Assembly (NCBI GenBank): GCA_052038315.1
Contig: JBQGCF010000064.1
Span: 3,289 to 67,288 of the forward strand
Direction of reading: 5' to 3'
DNA: 64,000 bases
Origin: Iamia sp.
Lineage (GTDB): Bacteria > Actinomycetota > Acidimicrobiia > Acidimicrobiales > Iamiaceae
A model generated the notes under the pieces. That model was not told the origin of the DNA, did not search any database, and saw only the letters and a program-made list of their open reading frames with translations. Below, in pieces: positions 47,297 through 57,076 of the stretch; the first letter of the stretch is position 1; every line of letters starts with the position of its first letter. The position numbers and the translations under genes are program-made.

Positions 47297-48778
47297 ATGG
47301 GCAGGAAGAAGCGGGACGGGCGGGTTCCGGGGCACCGGGTGCCGCCGTGGTTCGAGGACGCCAAGCTCGGGATCTTCGTCCACTGGGGGCTCTTCTCGGT
47401 GCCGGCGTGGGCGCCGAACCTGCCACCGGGCGAGACGATGCTCGACGTCGTCAGGCGGACCCCGGCCGAGCTCGGCGCCCGGCTGCCGTACGCCGAGTGG
47501 TACGCCAACGCCATGCGGGTGCCGGACAGCCCGACCGCCGCGCACCACCGCGCCACCTACGGCGACGCCCCCTACGAGGACTTCCGCACGCCGTTCGAGG
47601 CGACCCTCGCCGACTGGGCCCCCGACGACTGGGCCGACCGCTTCGCCCGGACCGGCGCCGGCTACGTCGTGCTCGTCACCAAGCACCACGACGGGTACTG
47701 CCTGTGGCCCACCGACGTGCCCAACCCGCACCGCCCCGGCTGGCACGCACCCCGCGACGTGGTGGGCGAGCTGGCCGCCGCCGTGCGCCGCCGGGGCCTG
47801 CGCTTCGGGACCTACTACTCGGTCGGGCTCGACTGGACGTGGGAGGACCTGCCGATCGTCGAGCCGGCCGACGCCTACGCCTGCGTCCCCCAGGACCCCG
47901 CCTACGCGGCCTACGCCGACGCCCACCTCCGCGAGCTGGTCGACCGCTACGAGCCCAGCGTGATGTGGAGCGACATCGCCGCCCCGCCCGCCTTCGACCT
48001 GCCGGCGTTCCTGGCCGACTACCTCCGGCGGGTGCCCGACGGGACGATCAACGATCGCTGGAAGGTCGCCTCGCCCGTGCTCGCCCGGCCCCGGGTCCGC
48101 CGGGCCGTCAACGCCACGGTCCGCGCCGCGCTGCCCCGCCTCCCCGAGACCGGCCCGTCGTCGGGCCACCCGCTGGCCGACTTCCGCACCCCCGAGTACT
48201 CCTCGCCTCCGGCGGCCACGAACCACAAGTGGGAGGCGACGCGGGGGATGGGCGCCGCCTTCGGCATCAACCGCAACGAGCCCGACGACCGGCTGATCGA
48301 TCCCGACGAGCTCGTCCGCAGCCTCGTCGACATGGTGGCCAAGAACGGCAACCTGCTCCTCAACGTCGGTCCCGACGCGGCCGGCGCGGTGCAGGACCGG
48401 GAGGCGGTCCGGCTCGAGGCGCTGGCCCGGTGGATGGACGTGAACGGCGAGGCGCTGGTCGGGACCCGGCCGTGGGTGTCGGCCAGCGGGACGACCGCCG
48501 AGGGCGTCGACGTCCGCTTCACCCAGGGCGAGGGCGCCGTCTACGCCGTGCTGCTGGACGTCCCGACCGGGCCGACCGTGACGCTGCCCGGCCTGGCCGT
48601 CCTGGCCCACCGCCCCGTCGAGCTGCTCGGCCACGGCCCGGTCGAGGCCACCGCCGCCGGCGACGACCTGGCCCTCGACTGGCCCGCCGCCGGACCGAAC
48701 GGACCGGCGGTCGCCCTGCGCATCGGCCTACGCTCCCCGGCGGAGCGGTGGCAGAGTGGACGATCGCAGTCGCCTTGA
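47297..48778 (+). CDS. Alpha-L-fucosidase (GH29), cytoplasmic
   Basis: WFEDAKLGIFVHWG, YAEWY, TKHHDG, MWSD nucleophile, INDRW, KNGNLLLNVGP. Confidence 0.92.
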   Translation: MGRKKRDGRVPGHRVPPWFEDAKLGIFVHWGLFSVPAWAPNLPPGETMLDVVRRTPAELGARLPYAEWYANAMRVPDSPTAAHHRATYGDAPYEDFRTPFEATLADWAPDDWADRFARTGAGYVVLVTKHHDGYCLWPTDVPNPHRPGWHAPRDVVGELAAAVRRRGLRFGTYYSVGLDWTWEDLPIVEPADAYACVPQDPAYAAYADAHLRELVDRYEPSVMWSDIAAPPAFDLPAFLADYLRRVPDGTINDRWKVASPVLARPRVRRAVNATVRAALPRLPETGPSSGHPLADFRTPEYSSPPAATNHKWEATRGMGAAFGINRNEPDDRLIDPDELVRSLVDMVAKNGNLLLNVGPDAAGAVQDREAVRLEALARWMDVNGEALVGTRPWVSASGTTAEGVDVRFTQGEGAVYAVLLDVPTGPTVTLPGLAVLAHRPVELLGHGPVEATAAGDDLALDWPAAGPNGPAVALRIGLRSPAERWQSGRSQSP

Positions 48779-48826
48779 AAGCGACCGGGGTGCAAGCCCC
48801 CGGGGGTTCGAATCCCCCCCGCTCCG
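48742..48826 (+). tRNA. tRNA-Ser (anticodon UGA), CCA not encoded
   Basis: Acceptor GGAGCGG/CCGCTCC plus G discriminator; anticodon stem GTCGC/GCGAC with loop CTTGAAA; long variable arm; GGTTCGAATCC T-loop. Confidence 0.95.
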
Positions 48827-48898
48827 CTCCTCATCCCGTTAGCCTCGTGGCGGGAGATGCCATCACGGCAGGAGGGGCCGAGGATGAGGGGGACGGGG

Positions 48899-51223
48899 AT
48901 GCAGCGATTCGTGGGAGCCGCGGTCGCCGCGCTGATCGGCCTGGCGGCCGTCACGCTGGCGGTGGCGACGGGCGCGCCGGCGGGGGCCGATCCGGCCGCG
49001 CCGTGGATCGTGTTCGCCAACGACCAGACCGGTGACTGGGACCTCTACGCCATCCGGGCCGACGGCTCGGGGCTCAGGAACCTGACCGGGACGCCGGGGA
49101 TCAGCGAGACCTACCCCCGGGTCGCGCCCGACGACGGTCGCATCGCCTTCGTGGTCGGCAGCACGATCCAGGTCGCACCGCTGTCGGACCTGGCGGCCCG
49201 CACCACGATCGCCACCGGCGACCAGCCGACCTGGTCGCCCGACGGTCGGGAGATCGCCTACACCGCCGTCGCCGCCGGCTCGGTCAACCAGATCTTCCTC
49301 ACCGCGGCCGACGGCTCGGGGACGCCCCGGCAGCTGACCCCCGACGACGGCGTGCCGCGCGTCGACCCGGACCTCTCGCCCGACGGGGTCTACGTCGTGT
49401 ACTCGACGCTCACCGCGTCGGTGCCCCGGGCGCCCAACGGGATCGCCATCCGCAAGGCCGACGGGAGCGACGCCGAGCGTCCGATCACCGGCGGCATCCG
49501 CCCGGCCTTCGACCCGGTCGCCACCAGCCCGTACCGGATCGTCTGGAACCACAACGACTTCATCGACGGGCAGGTGGAGTGGAACATCCGGCGGGGCGAC
49601 CTGAACAGCACGCCGGCCCAGCGGATCACCCAGGGCCGGGACTTCAAGGTGGCGCCGACCATCTCGCCGGACCGCTCGACCGTCGTCTACGAGAGCCAGG
49701 TCACCGAGGGTTCGCCGTCACGGCTCGCCACCGTGGGCGTCTTCGGCGGCGACCAGCAGGTGATCTACGCGACCGGCCGCAGCCTCCGGCCCGACTGGTC
49801 CGACTCGCCCTGCCTCGACGTGGCGTGCCTGGCGCCGACGGCCGTCGCCGGACCCGATCGCACCGTCGACCTCGACACCCCGGTCACGCTCGACGCCACC
49901 GCCTCGTCCGACCCCGAGGGCGCGGCGCTGACGTACCGGTGGACGCAGACGAGCGGTCCGACCGCGACCCTCACCGACGCCGACGAGGCGGTGGCCACCG
50001 TCGCCGGGCTGGCCGAGCCGGCGACGCTCGGGTTCCGGGTCACCGTGACCGACCCCACCGGGCTGTCCCACTCCGACGACGTCACCGTCACCGTCGCCGA
50101 CCTCGACGTCCCCGGCCCGCCGACCGACGTCATCGCGGTGGCCGGCGACGGCCGGGCGATGGTGTCGTGGACCGGACCGGTGGACGACGGCGGTTCGCCC
50201 GTCACCGGCTACGTGGTCACGCCGATCGTCGGTGGGGTGGCCCAGACGCCGCGGCCGTTCGCGTCGACGGCCACCAGCCAGACGATCACCGGCCTGGCCA
50301 ACGGCACGACGTACGCCTTCACCGTCGCCGCGGTGAACGCCATCGGCACGGGCGCCGACTCGGACCCGTCGAGCCCGGTCACGCCGAGCGGCGTCGCCCT
50401 GACCGCCACCCCGAACCCCACGGTGACCGGCGAGACCGTCGTCCTGCGGGCCGAGTCGACCGTGGGCGCCACCGGGTCGATCACCTTCCTCGACGGCACC
50501 ACCCTGCTCGGGGTGCGCACGGTCACCGACGGCGTGGCCACGCTGGCCGTGTCCAAGCTCGGCGTCGGGGCCCACGACCTCACCGCCACCTACCGGAAGA
50601 CCTCGACCTCGACACCGGTCGTGTCCGAGGTCCTCGAGCACCAGGTCACCGCCGGCAGCACCGCCGTCGCCCTGGCCACGGACCCGGCGCCGACGGTGAC
50701 CGGCCAGGCCACGAGGATCACGGCCACCGTCACCGCGGTCGCCCCGGCCACCGGCCACCCGAGCGGCACGGTCGCCTTCTACGAGTCCGGCGACCTCCTC
50801 GGCCGGGCCGGCCTGGTCACCGGGACCGCCGGGCTCACGGTGCGGTTCTCGGCCGGCGCCCGTTCGATCACGGCGGTGTACGAGGGCCACCCGTCGTGGA
50901 CCGGCAGCACGTCGGGCGCACCGCACGTCCACCAGGTCGACCCGGCGGCGTCGACCATCGACCTCACCGCGTCACCTTCGACGGGTGGCACCACCACCAT
51001 CGTCCGGGCCACCCTCGCCACGGTCGCCCCCGGCACCGGGATCCCGGGGGGCACCGTCTCGTTCTACGAGGGCAGCACCCTCCTCGGCACCCGGACCCTG
51101 TCGGCCGGCTACGCCGCCCTGAGCACCCCCCGCACCCCGGGCGTCCACACCTACACGGCGGTCTACGGCGGGTCCGCCACCCACGTGGGATCGACCGCCG
51201 AGGTGGTCCACACCGTCGCCTAG
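48899..51223 (+). CDS. Secreted multidomain protein: TolB/PD40 beta-propeller, PKD-like, FN3, three Ig-like (Big_3) domains
   Basis: Signal peptide; PTWSPDGREIAY, PDLSPDG; AGPDRTV...SSDPEG..LTYRWTQ; DGGSPVTGYVV...GLANGTTYAFTV; three GT(V/I)xFx(D/E)G repeats. Confidence 0.85.
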   Translation: MQRFVGAAVAALIGLAAVTLAVATGAPAGADPAAPWIVFANDQTGDWDLYAIRADGSGLRNLTGTPGISETYPRVAPDDGRIAFVVGSTIQVAPLSDLAARTTIATGDQPTWSPDGREIAYTAVAAGSVNQIFLTAADGSGTPRQLTPDDGVPRVDPDLSPDGVYVVYSTLTASVPRAPNGIAIRKADGSDAERPITGGIRPAFDPVATSPYRIVWNHNDFIDGQVEWNIRRGDLNSTPAQRITQGRDFKVAPTISPDRSTVVYESQVTEGSPSRLATVGVFGGDQQVIYATGRSLRPDWSDSPCLDVACLAPTAVAGPDRTVDLDTPVTLDATASSDPEGAALTYRWTQTSGPTATLTDADEAVATVAGLAEPATLGFRVTVTDPTGLSHSDDVTVTVADLDVPGPPTDVIAVAGDGRAMVSWTGPVDDGGSPVTGYVVTPIVGGVAQTPRPFASTATSQTITGLANGTTYAFTVAAVNAIGTGADSDPSSPVTPSGVALTATPNPTVTGETVVLRAESTVGATGSITFLDGTTLLGVRTVTDGVATLAVSKLGVGAHDLTATYRKTSTSTPVVSEVLEHQVTAGSTAVALATDPAPTVTGQATRITATVTAVAPATGHPSGTVAFYESGDLLGRAGLVTGTAGLTVRFSAGARSITAVYEGHPSWTGSTSGAPHVHQVDPAASTIDLTASPSTGGTTTIVRATLATVAPGTGIPGGTVSFYEGSTLLGTRTLSAGYAALSTPRTPGVHTYTAVYGGSATHVGSTAEVVHTVA

Positions 51224-51340
51224 CCCGGCAGCCTCACGGTGAAGGTGGTGCCGTCGTCGCCGGTGGTGACGGTGATGGTGCCGCCCTGGTCGTCGATGAT
51301 GCGGCGGGTGATGTCGAGGCCGAGGCCGGTACCCGTGGCC
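51220..51340 (-). pseudogene. Remnant C-terminus of a sensor histidine kinase (HATPase_c)
   Basis: Minus strand reads GTGLGLDITRRIIDDQGGTITVTTGDDGTTFTVRLPG* with no upstream kinase sequence. Confidence 0.75.
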
Positions 51341-51501
51341 CACGTGCCCGTTGGGGGAGGACCTCTTCGAGGACATCACCCCCTGGCGTCGTCAGCGGGT
51401 TCGACCATGACGCTGGTCTTGTCGGCCCATTGCGGGGGATGTCCCCCGAAGGGATGATGAGCGCGACTGCCCGGGGGGCAGCGGGAGCGAGGGAGGCACC
51501 C

Positions 51502-52227
51502 ATGTCGAAGCCCACGATCGTCCTGGTCCACGGCGCCTGGGCCGACGGCTCGAGCTGGAACGCGGTGGCGATCGCGCTCCAGGGCCAGGGGTACACGGTC
51601 CTGACACCGCCCAACCTGCTCCACGGCGTGGCCGGCGACTCGGCCTACATCGCCTCGTACCTGGCCCAGCGCACCGAGGGCCCGGTGGTGCTCGTCGGCC
51701 ACTCGTACGGCGGTGTCGTGATCACCAACGCCGGGGCGGCCGGCGGTGACGTGAAGGCGCTCGTCTACGTCAACGCCTTCATCCCCGACGTCGGCGAGAG
51801 CGTGTTCGACATCCTGGGCGACTCGGGATCGGCCCTGGCCGTGCCCGACCCCACCACGGTGCTCGACCTGGCCGGCTACCCGGGCGCCCCCGAGGGCGAC
51901 GTCGAGGCCTTCCTCAAGTCGGCGACGGTCCACGAGTCCTTCGCCCAGGACCTGCCCGAGGCCGAGCGGGGACTGATCGCGTCGAGCCAGCGGCCCATCG
52001 CCCTGGCCGCCAACATCGGCCCGACCGAAGCCACCGCCTGGTCGACGATCCCGAGCTGGGCCGTGCTGGGCACCGAGGACCGGGTCATCCCCATCGGCAC
52101 CCAGCGGCGCATGGCCGAGCGGGCCGGGGCGACGGTCACCGAGGTGGCGGCCTCGCACGTGTCGATGGTGTCCCACCCCGACGTCACCGTCGCCACCATC
52201 GTCGCCGCCGCCGACAGCGTCGGCTGA
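51502..52227 (+). CDS. Alpha/beta fold hydrolase
   Basis: VLVHGAWADGSSW, GHSYGG, SHVSMVSHP; GGAGG RBS. Confidence 0.9.
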   Translation: MSKPTIVLVHGAWADGSSWNAVAIALQGQGYTVLTPPNLLHGVAGDSAYIASYLAQRTEGPVVLVGHSYGGVVITNAGAAGGDVKALVYVNAFIPDVGESVFDILGDSGSALAVPDPTTVLDLAGYPGAPEGDVEAFLKSATVHESFAQDLPEAERGLIASSQRPIALAANIGPTEATAWSTIPSWAVLGTEDRVIPIGTQRRMAERAGATVTEVAASHVSMVSHPDVTVATIVAAADSVG

Positions 52228-52305
52228 CGCTCGGCTCTCCCGGAGGAGGGCGACGGCGAGGGCGGCTGGCGCCGGCGGCGTCGGACGGGTGCTAGGCCGA
52301 GCGGG

Positions 52306-53103
52306 ATGCGGATCGTGATGCTCAACGCCTGGGGCGGCGCGGTGTACGACGCCCTGGCCGCCTGGCTCCCGACCGTGGGTGCCGACGTCGTGTGCCTGCA
52401 GGAGGTCACCAGCACCCCGGGTCTCCAGGGCTGGACCCGGTTCGACGACGGCGAGCGCTCGCTGCCCCAGCGGGCCGACCTGTTCGCCGACGTGGCCGCC
52501 CTGCTCCCCGGCCACCAGGGCGCCTTCGTCACCAGCGACGCCGGCCCGGTGACCGACGGGACCGGGGTCGAGCACCGCCAGGACTTCGGGCTGGCCACCT
52601 TCGTCGACCGGCGGATCCCGGTGGTCGGGCAGGAGACGGCGCCGGTGCACGGGTCCTTCGTCGACCACCGGACGTGGGCCATCGCCGATCGCCCCCGGGT
52701 GGCCCAGGCCGTGCGGCTCGTCGACCGCACCGCCGGCGGGCGGGGCGTCACCGTCGTCCACCTCCACGGTCTCCGGGACCCGGCCGGCAAGGGCGACACC
52801 CCGGCCCGCCGAGCGCAGGCCGAGCGGCTGGCGGAGCTGGTCGAGCGGGCGCGCCGGCCCGGTGACCTCACCGTCGTCGGCGGCGACCTCAACCTCCTGC
52901 CCGACAGCGAGACCTTCGCCGTGCTCGGCGCCATCGGGCTGGTCGACCTGGTCGGCGTGGCCGACACCCGCACCTCGCTGTACCCGAAGCCCCTGCGCCA
53001 CGCCAGCTACCTGCTGGTGTCGGACCCGGGGGCGGTGCGGGCCTTCGTCGCCCCGGCCGAGCCCGAGGTGTCGGACCACCGGGCCCTGGTCCTCGACCTC
53101 TGA
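52306..53103 (+). CDS. Endonuclease/exonuclease/phosphatase family protein
   Basis: LNAWGG, CLQEV, GDLN, SDH. Confidence 0.88.
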   Translation: MRIVMLNAWGGAVYDALAAWLPTVGADVVCLQEVTSTPGLQGWTRFDDGERSLPQRADLFADVAALLPGHQGAFVTSDAGPVTDGTGVEHRQDFGLATFVDRRIPVVGQETAPVHGSFVDHRTWAIADRPRVAQAVRLVDRTAGGRGVTVVHLHGLRDPAGKGDTPARRAQAERLAELVERARRPGDLTVVGGDLNLLPDSETFAVLGAIGLVDLVGVADTRTSLYPKPLRHASYLLVSDPGAVRAFVAPAEPEVSDHRALVLDL

Positions 53104-53139
53104 TCGGTCGCCGCCGCGCTGGGTCACGCCGACCGCTGT

Positions 53140-53946
53140 TCAGGTCGGGCGGTAGTGGCTGAGCGTCGAGCGGGCGCCGAAGGGGTCCTCGACCACGGCC
53201 AGGCGGGTCGGCCCGAGGTCGTGGGCCGGCTCGACGACGGTGCCGCCCCCGGCGACGACCCGCTCGACGGCGGCGTCGGTGTCGTCGACGGCGAAGGTGA
53301 CGACCCAGCCCGGCGGCCGGAGGTGGTCGGGCGCCAGCAGCCAGCCCACGGCGTCGCCGAAGCCGGCCGGCACCCCGTCGCCGCCGTGGCGTTCGGCCCG
53401 GCTGGGGTCGAGGGCGTCGAGGTGGTCGGCGTAGCCGGGGAGCTGCCACATGGTGGCGCCCAGCTCGGGGACCGCCGCCGCCCGCCAGCCGAAGACGGCG
53501 CCGTAGAAGGCGGCCGCCCCGTCGGGGTCGGCGGTGGCCAGGTCGCTCCAGTTCCAGGCGCCGGGGACGTTGACCAGCTCGGCCCCCACCTGGCCGGCGG
53601 CGTCCCACAGCCCGAAGCCGACCCCGGCCGGGTCGGCGGCCAGGGCCACCCGGGCCACACCCGCCCGATCGACGGGGCCGTGGTCGATGCGCCCGCCGTG
53701 GTCCACCACCGCGGCGGCGGCCACGTCGACGTCGTCGACCGCCATCCACGTCACCCACCGGGCCGGGGCCGGGCCGGCGGCGTCGGCGGGGGCGATGCCG
53801 GCGACGGGACGGCCGTCGAGCCGGGCCACGCCGTCGGCGACCGCCCACCCGAAGAGGTCGGCGTAGAACCGGGGGGCGGCGGCCGGGTCGGCGCCCACCA
53901 GCTCGAGCCAGCAGGGGACGCCGTGGGGGTAGCGGGGTCGGATCAT
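53140..53946 (-). CDS. VOC (glyoxalase/bleomycin resistance) two-domain protein
   Basis: GVPCWLEL, FYADLFGW, DPAG, WNWSDL, FYGAVFGW, DPFG. Confidence 0.88.
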   Translation of the reverse strand: MIRPRYPHGVPCWLELVGADPAAAPRFYADLFGWAVADGVARLDGRPVAGIAPADAAGPAPARWVTWMAVDDVDVAAAAVVDHGGRIDHGPVDRAGVARVALAADPAGVGFGLWDAAGQVGAELVNVPGAWNWSDLATADPDGAAAFYGAVFGWRAAAVPELGATMWQLPGYADHLDALDPSRAERHGGDGVPAGFGDAVGWLLAPDHLRPPGWVVTFAVDDTDAAVERVVAGGGTVVEPAHDLGPTRLAVVEDPFGARSTLSHYRPT

Positions 53947-54064
53947 GACGTCACCCTGCGCCGCTGAACCGGTCATCTCCTGGCCAGGTTGCCGTGTCGA
54001 CCGACCGATGAGTGACGGGCCCCCACCCGGTCTGCCCTCACCGTCCCCCAGCCGAGGAGCTCCC

Positions 54065-54805
54065 ATGTCCCTGCCCGAGATCGTGTCGCCGGAGGGGTGG
54101 CGGGCCGCCCGGGTCGCCCTGCTCGCCGAGGAGAAGGCCCTGACCAGGGCGCGCGACGCCCTCAGCGCCGCTCGCCGCCGCCTCCCGATGGTGCGGGTCG
54201 AGGCCGACTACCGCTTCACCGGGCCGGGGGGCGAGGAGGCCACCCTGCTCGACCTGTTCGACGGGCAGCGCCAGCTGATCGTCAGCCACTTCATGTTCGA
54301 ACCCGAGTGGACCGACGGCTGCCCCAGCTGCACCGCCGGCGCCGACGAGATGTCCGACGGACTGCGGGCCCACCTGGCCACCCGCGACACCCGCCTGGTG
54401 TACGTCTCCCGAGCGCCCATCGACCGGATCGAGGACTACAAGGCGCGCAAGGGCTGGAGGTTCCCCTGGTACTCGTCGCTCGGGAGCCGCTTCAACCACG
54501 ACTTCCACGTCACCATCGACGAGGCCGTCGCCCCCGCCGAGTACAACTACCGCAGCCAGGCGGAGTGGGCCGAGCGGGACCCGTCGTGGGCCGGCTGGTC
54601 GGGCGAGCAGCCGGGGCTGAGCTGCTTCCTGCGCGTCGACGACGAGGTCTTCCACACCTACAGCGCCTACGGCCGGGGGGCCGAGTGGACCGGCGGCTCG
54701 TACGCCTTCCTCGACCTCACCGCCCTGGGCCGCCAGGAGGAGTGGGAGGAGCCGGCCGGGCGCAGCGATGCGGTGCGGGGCGGCACCCCCGACTTCGCGT
54801 CCTAG
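54065..54805 (+). CDS. DUF899 family thioredoxin-like protein
   Basis: EKALTRARDAL..RRRLP, LFDGQRQL, GCPSC, FHTYS, LDLTALGRQE. Confidence 0.9.
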   Translation: MSLPEIVSPEGWRAARVALLAEEKALTRARDALSAARRRLPMVRVEADYRFTGPGGEEATLLDLFDGQRQLIVSHFMFEPEWTDGCPSCTAGADEMSDGLRAHLATRDTRLVYVSRAPIDRIEDYKARKGWRFPWYSSLGSRFNHDFHVTIDEAVAPAEYNYRSQAEWAERDPSWAGWSGEQPGLSCFLRVDDEVFHTYSAYGRGAEWTGGSYAFLDLTALGRQEEWEEPAGRSDAVRGGTPDFAS

Positions 54806-55344
54806 CGAGCGTCGTCCGGGCCCGGGAGGGTCCGCTGGACGAGGACGAGGTCGAGCCACCGACCCTGCTTGCGCCCCACCTCCGGCATGCGCGCCACCTC
54901 GACGAACCCGAGGGCGGCGTGGAAGGCCAACGACCCGGTGTTCTCGCTGTCGATGGCACCGACGACGACGTGGATGCCCCGCGCCACCGCCACCTCGACC
55001 AGCGCCTCCACCAGGGCGCGGCCGACCCCGCGGCCGTGCTGGTCGCCGTCGACGTGGATCGTGTGCTCGACGGTGGTGCGGTAGCCGGGGAAGCGGTCGC
55101 CGCCACGGAAGCCGGTCCAGGTGGCGTAGCCCACGACCCGGCCGTCGACCTCGGCCACCAGGACCGGGTGGCCGGCATCGGCCTGGGTCTGCCACCAGGT
55201 CGCCATCTCGTCCTCGTCGGCCAGGTGCTCGCGCCAGGCGGTGGCCGTGGTCGGGATCAGGACGTTGAACAGGTGGGTGATGACGGGGAGGTCGGCCTCG
55301 ACCGCCGGCCGGACCTGCACCGACGGCGTCCCCGGGCTCTCCAC
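54802..55344 (-). CDS. GNAT N-acetyltransferase (Pat/YncA-like)
   Basis: GYRTTVEHTIHV, GRGVG, SLAFHAALGF, EVGRKQGRWLD. Confidence 0.88.
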   Translation of the reverse strand: MESPGTPSVQVRPAVEADLPVITHLFNVLIPTTATAWREHLADEDEMATWWQTQADAGHPVLVAEVDGRVVGYATWTGFRGGDRFPGYRTTVEHTIHVDGDQHGRGVGRALVEALVEVAVARGIHVVVGAIDSENTGSLAFHAALGFVEVARMPEVGRKQGRWLDLVLVQRTLPGPDDAR

Positions 55345-55425
55345 GGGCCCAGTCTGGCGGCTCGGCCCGGGCCGCCCGCCCGTCTGTCGGCTACTGTCAC
55401 CGCAGACGACACAACGGGGGAGACC

Positions 55426-55881
55426 ATGGGACGAAGGATCGTCATCGCCGCGGCGCTGCTGCTGCTGGCCGGGTGCGGGGGCGCGACCGACGACACCGCC
55501 GACGCGGTGGCTCCGGCCGACGCACCGCCGAGCACCGAGGAGACCACGACGTCGTCGACGACCACCACGTCGACGACCACGACCACCACGACGGCACCGA
55601 CGACGACCACGACGTCGACGACCACCACCACCACGACCACGGCGCCGCCGACCACGACGACCACCACGGCACCGCCGCCCCCGCCTCCTCCGCCGCCCAC
55701 GGAGCCGCCGGCCCCGGACTGCACGCCGGGCTACACGCCGTGCGTGCCGGTGGCCAGCGACGTCGACTGCGCCGGTGGGTCGGGTGACGGTCCGGCCTAC
55801 GTCGACGGCCCGATCCAGGTCACCGGGTCCGATCCCTACGACCTCGATCGCGACGGCGACGGCGTCGCCTGCGAGAGCTAG
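55426..55881 (+). CDS. Lipoprotein with Thr/Pro-rich linker and excalibur-like Ca-binding C-terminus
   Basis: LAGC lipobox; CTPGY..CVP..DVDC...DPYDLDRDGDGVACE. Confidence 0.8.
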   Translation: MGRRIVIAAALLLLAGCGGATDDTADAVAPADAPPSTEETTTSSTTTTSTTTTTTTAPTTTTTSTTTTTTTTAPPTTTTTTAPPPPPPPPPTEPPAPDCTPGYTPCVPVASDVDCAGGSGDGPAYVDGPIQVTGSDPYDLDRDGDGVACES

Positions 55882-56672
55882 CCAGCGCCGGTCCAGGCGT
55901 CGGCCGCGGCGATGGCGGTGGCCACGGCGCGGTCGACCGCCGCGTCCTTCTCGGTGAGGTCGGGCCGCTCGTCCTCGGTGCGCTGGGCGACGATGCCGAC
56001 CACGCAGCCGGCCGTGAAGCCGTAGACCCCGCCCATCTTGAACAGGGTCCCCGCCTCCATCTCGAAGCTGAGCACGCCCAGGGCGGCGTACTCGTCGATC
56101 ATCCCGCGCAGCCGCCGGAGCAGGTGCGGGTTGGCCGACGAGGCCGAACGCTCCTGGCCCTCGAAGAAGGTGTCGACCGAGGCGATGGTGCCCACGTGGT
56201 GGTCGATCCCGAGCCCGGCGGCGCCCTCGGCCAGGGCGACGGTGAGGAAGGGGTCGGCCGCCGCCGGGTAGCGGGGCGGGGCGATGTCGTCGGCCGCGCC
56301 CTGGTTGGTGAGGGCGGCGTTGGCCACCACCACCGATCCGGTGCGCACGTGGTCCTGGATCGACCCGCTGGTGCCGATGCGGATCACCGTCCGGATGCCG
56401 GCCTGCACCAGCTCGTTGACGACGATGCTCATCGAGGGCGCGCCCATGCCGCTGGTCGCGCACACGACGGGTCGGCCCCCCGGCAGCGTGGCCACGAACG
56501 AGTCGAGGCCGCGGTTGCGGGCCAGGGCACGGCCATCGGCCAGGTGCCGGGTCGCGATCAGCTCGGAGCGGCCGGGGTCACCGCTGAGCAGGGCGATGTC
56601 GGCACCCTCGGGCAGGTCCGAGGGGGCGAAGCCGATGTGGTACAGCCGGTCGTCGGATGGGGCGTCGGGCAC
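55878..56672 (-). CDS. udp: Uridine/nucleoside phosphorylase
   Basis: YHIG, SGDPGR, SGMGAPS, RIGTSGSIQ, FFEGQER, FEMEAG. Confidence 0.85.
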   Translation of the reverse strand: MPDAPSDDRLYHIGFAPSDLPEGADIALLSGDPGRSELIATRHLADGRALARNRGLDSFVATLPGGRPVVCATSGMGAPSMSIVVNELVQAGIRTVIRIGTSGSIQDHVRTGSVVVANAALTNQGAADDIAPPRYPAAADPFLTVALAEGAAGLGIDHHVGTIASVDTFFEGQERSASSANPHLLRRLRGMIDEYAALGVLSFEMEAGTLFKMGGVYGFTAGCVVGIVAQRTEDERPDLTEKDAAVDRAVATAIAAADAWTGAG

Positions 56673-56718
56673 CGGGGCCTCCTCGGGGACGGAGGAGGCG
56701 AGGGTACCGGCCGCGCCC

Positions 56719-57069
56719 TCAGCCGAGGAGCGGGCGGGGGTCGAAGGCGACGCGGATGCGGTCGACCCGGCCATCGGTGACGTGGCTCCAGTTGGCCACG
56801 GGCAGGACATCACCCCCCTTCGTGTGGAGCTCGAACCAGGTGGTGGCGTCGGCACCGTCGACGAAGACCTTGGTGACGACGACGTCGGCGAGGGCCCGGG
56901 ACATGCCCTCGATGCCGGCGGCGCAGTCCTCGGCGCCCTCGACGATGGCCATGGGGCCCTCGAAGCGCACGGTGTCGGCCAGGTTGGCCCGGAAGGCGGT
57001 GAAGTCGCGCTCCCGCCAGGTGCGGAAGTAGGTCTCGACCGCCGTTCGGGTGGAGTCGGTGTCGGTCAT
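56719..57069 (-). CDS. SnoaL/NTF2-like protein
   Basis: YFRTWRERDF, FEGPM, VANWSHV.DG.V.RIRVAFDPR. Confidence 0.82.
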   Translation of the reverse strand: MTDTDSTRTAVETYFRTWRERDFTAFRANLADTVRFEGPMAIVEGAEDCAAGIEGMSRALADVVVTKVFVDGADATTWFELHTKGGDVLPVANWSHVTDGRVDRIRVAFDPRPLLG

Positions 57070-57076
57070 GCCGTCG

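Noticed and set aside
48742-48826. tRNA-Sec or opal suppressor
   Set aside because: The anticodon is UGA (reads Ser UCA), not UCA; it has an ordinary 7-bp acceptor stem and Ser-type variable arm.
55540-55700. ACC/ACG microsatellite-like tracts (also at about 21030-21100 and 39180-39255)
   Set aside because: They encode ordinary Thr/Pro-rich linkers of surface proteins.
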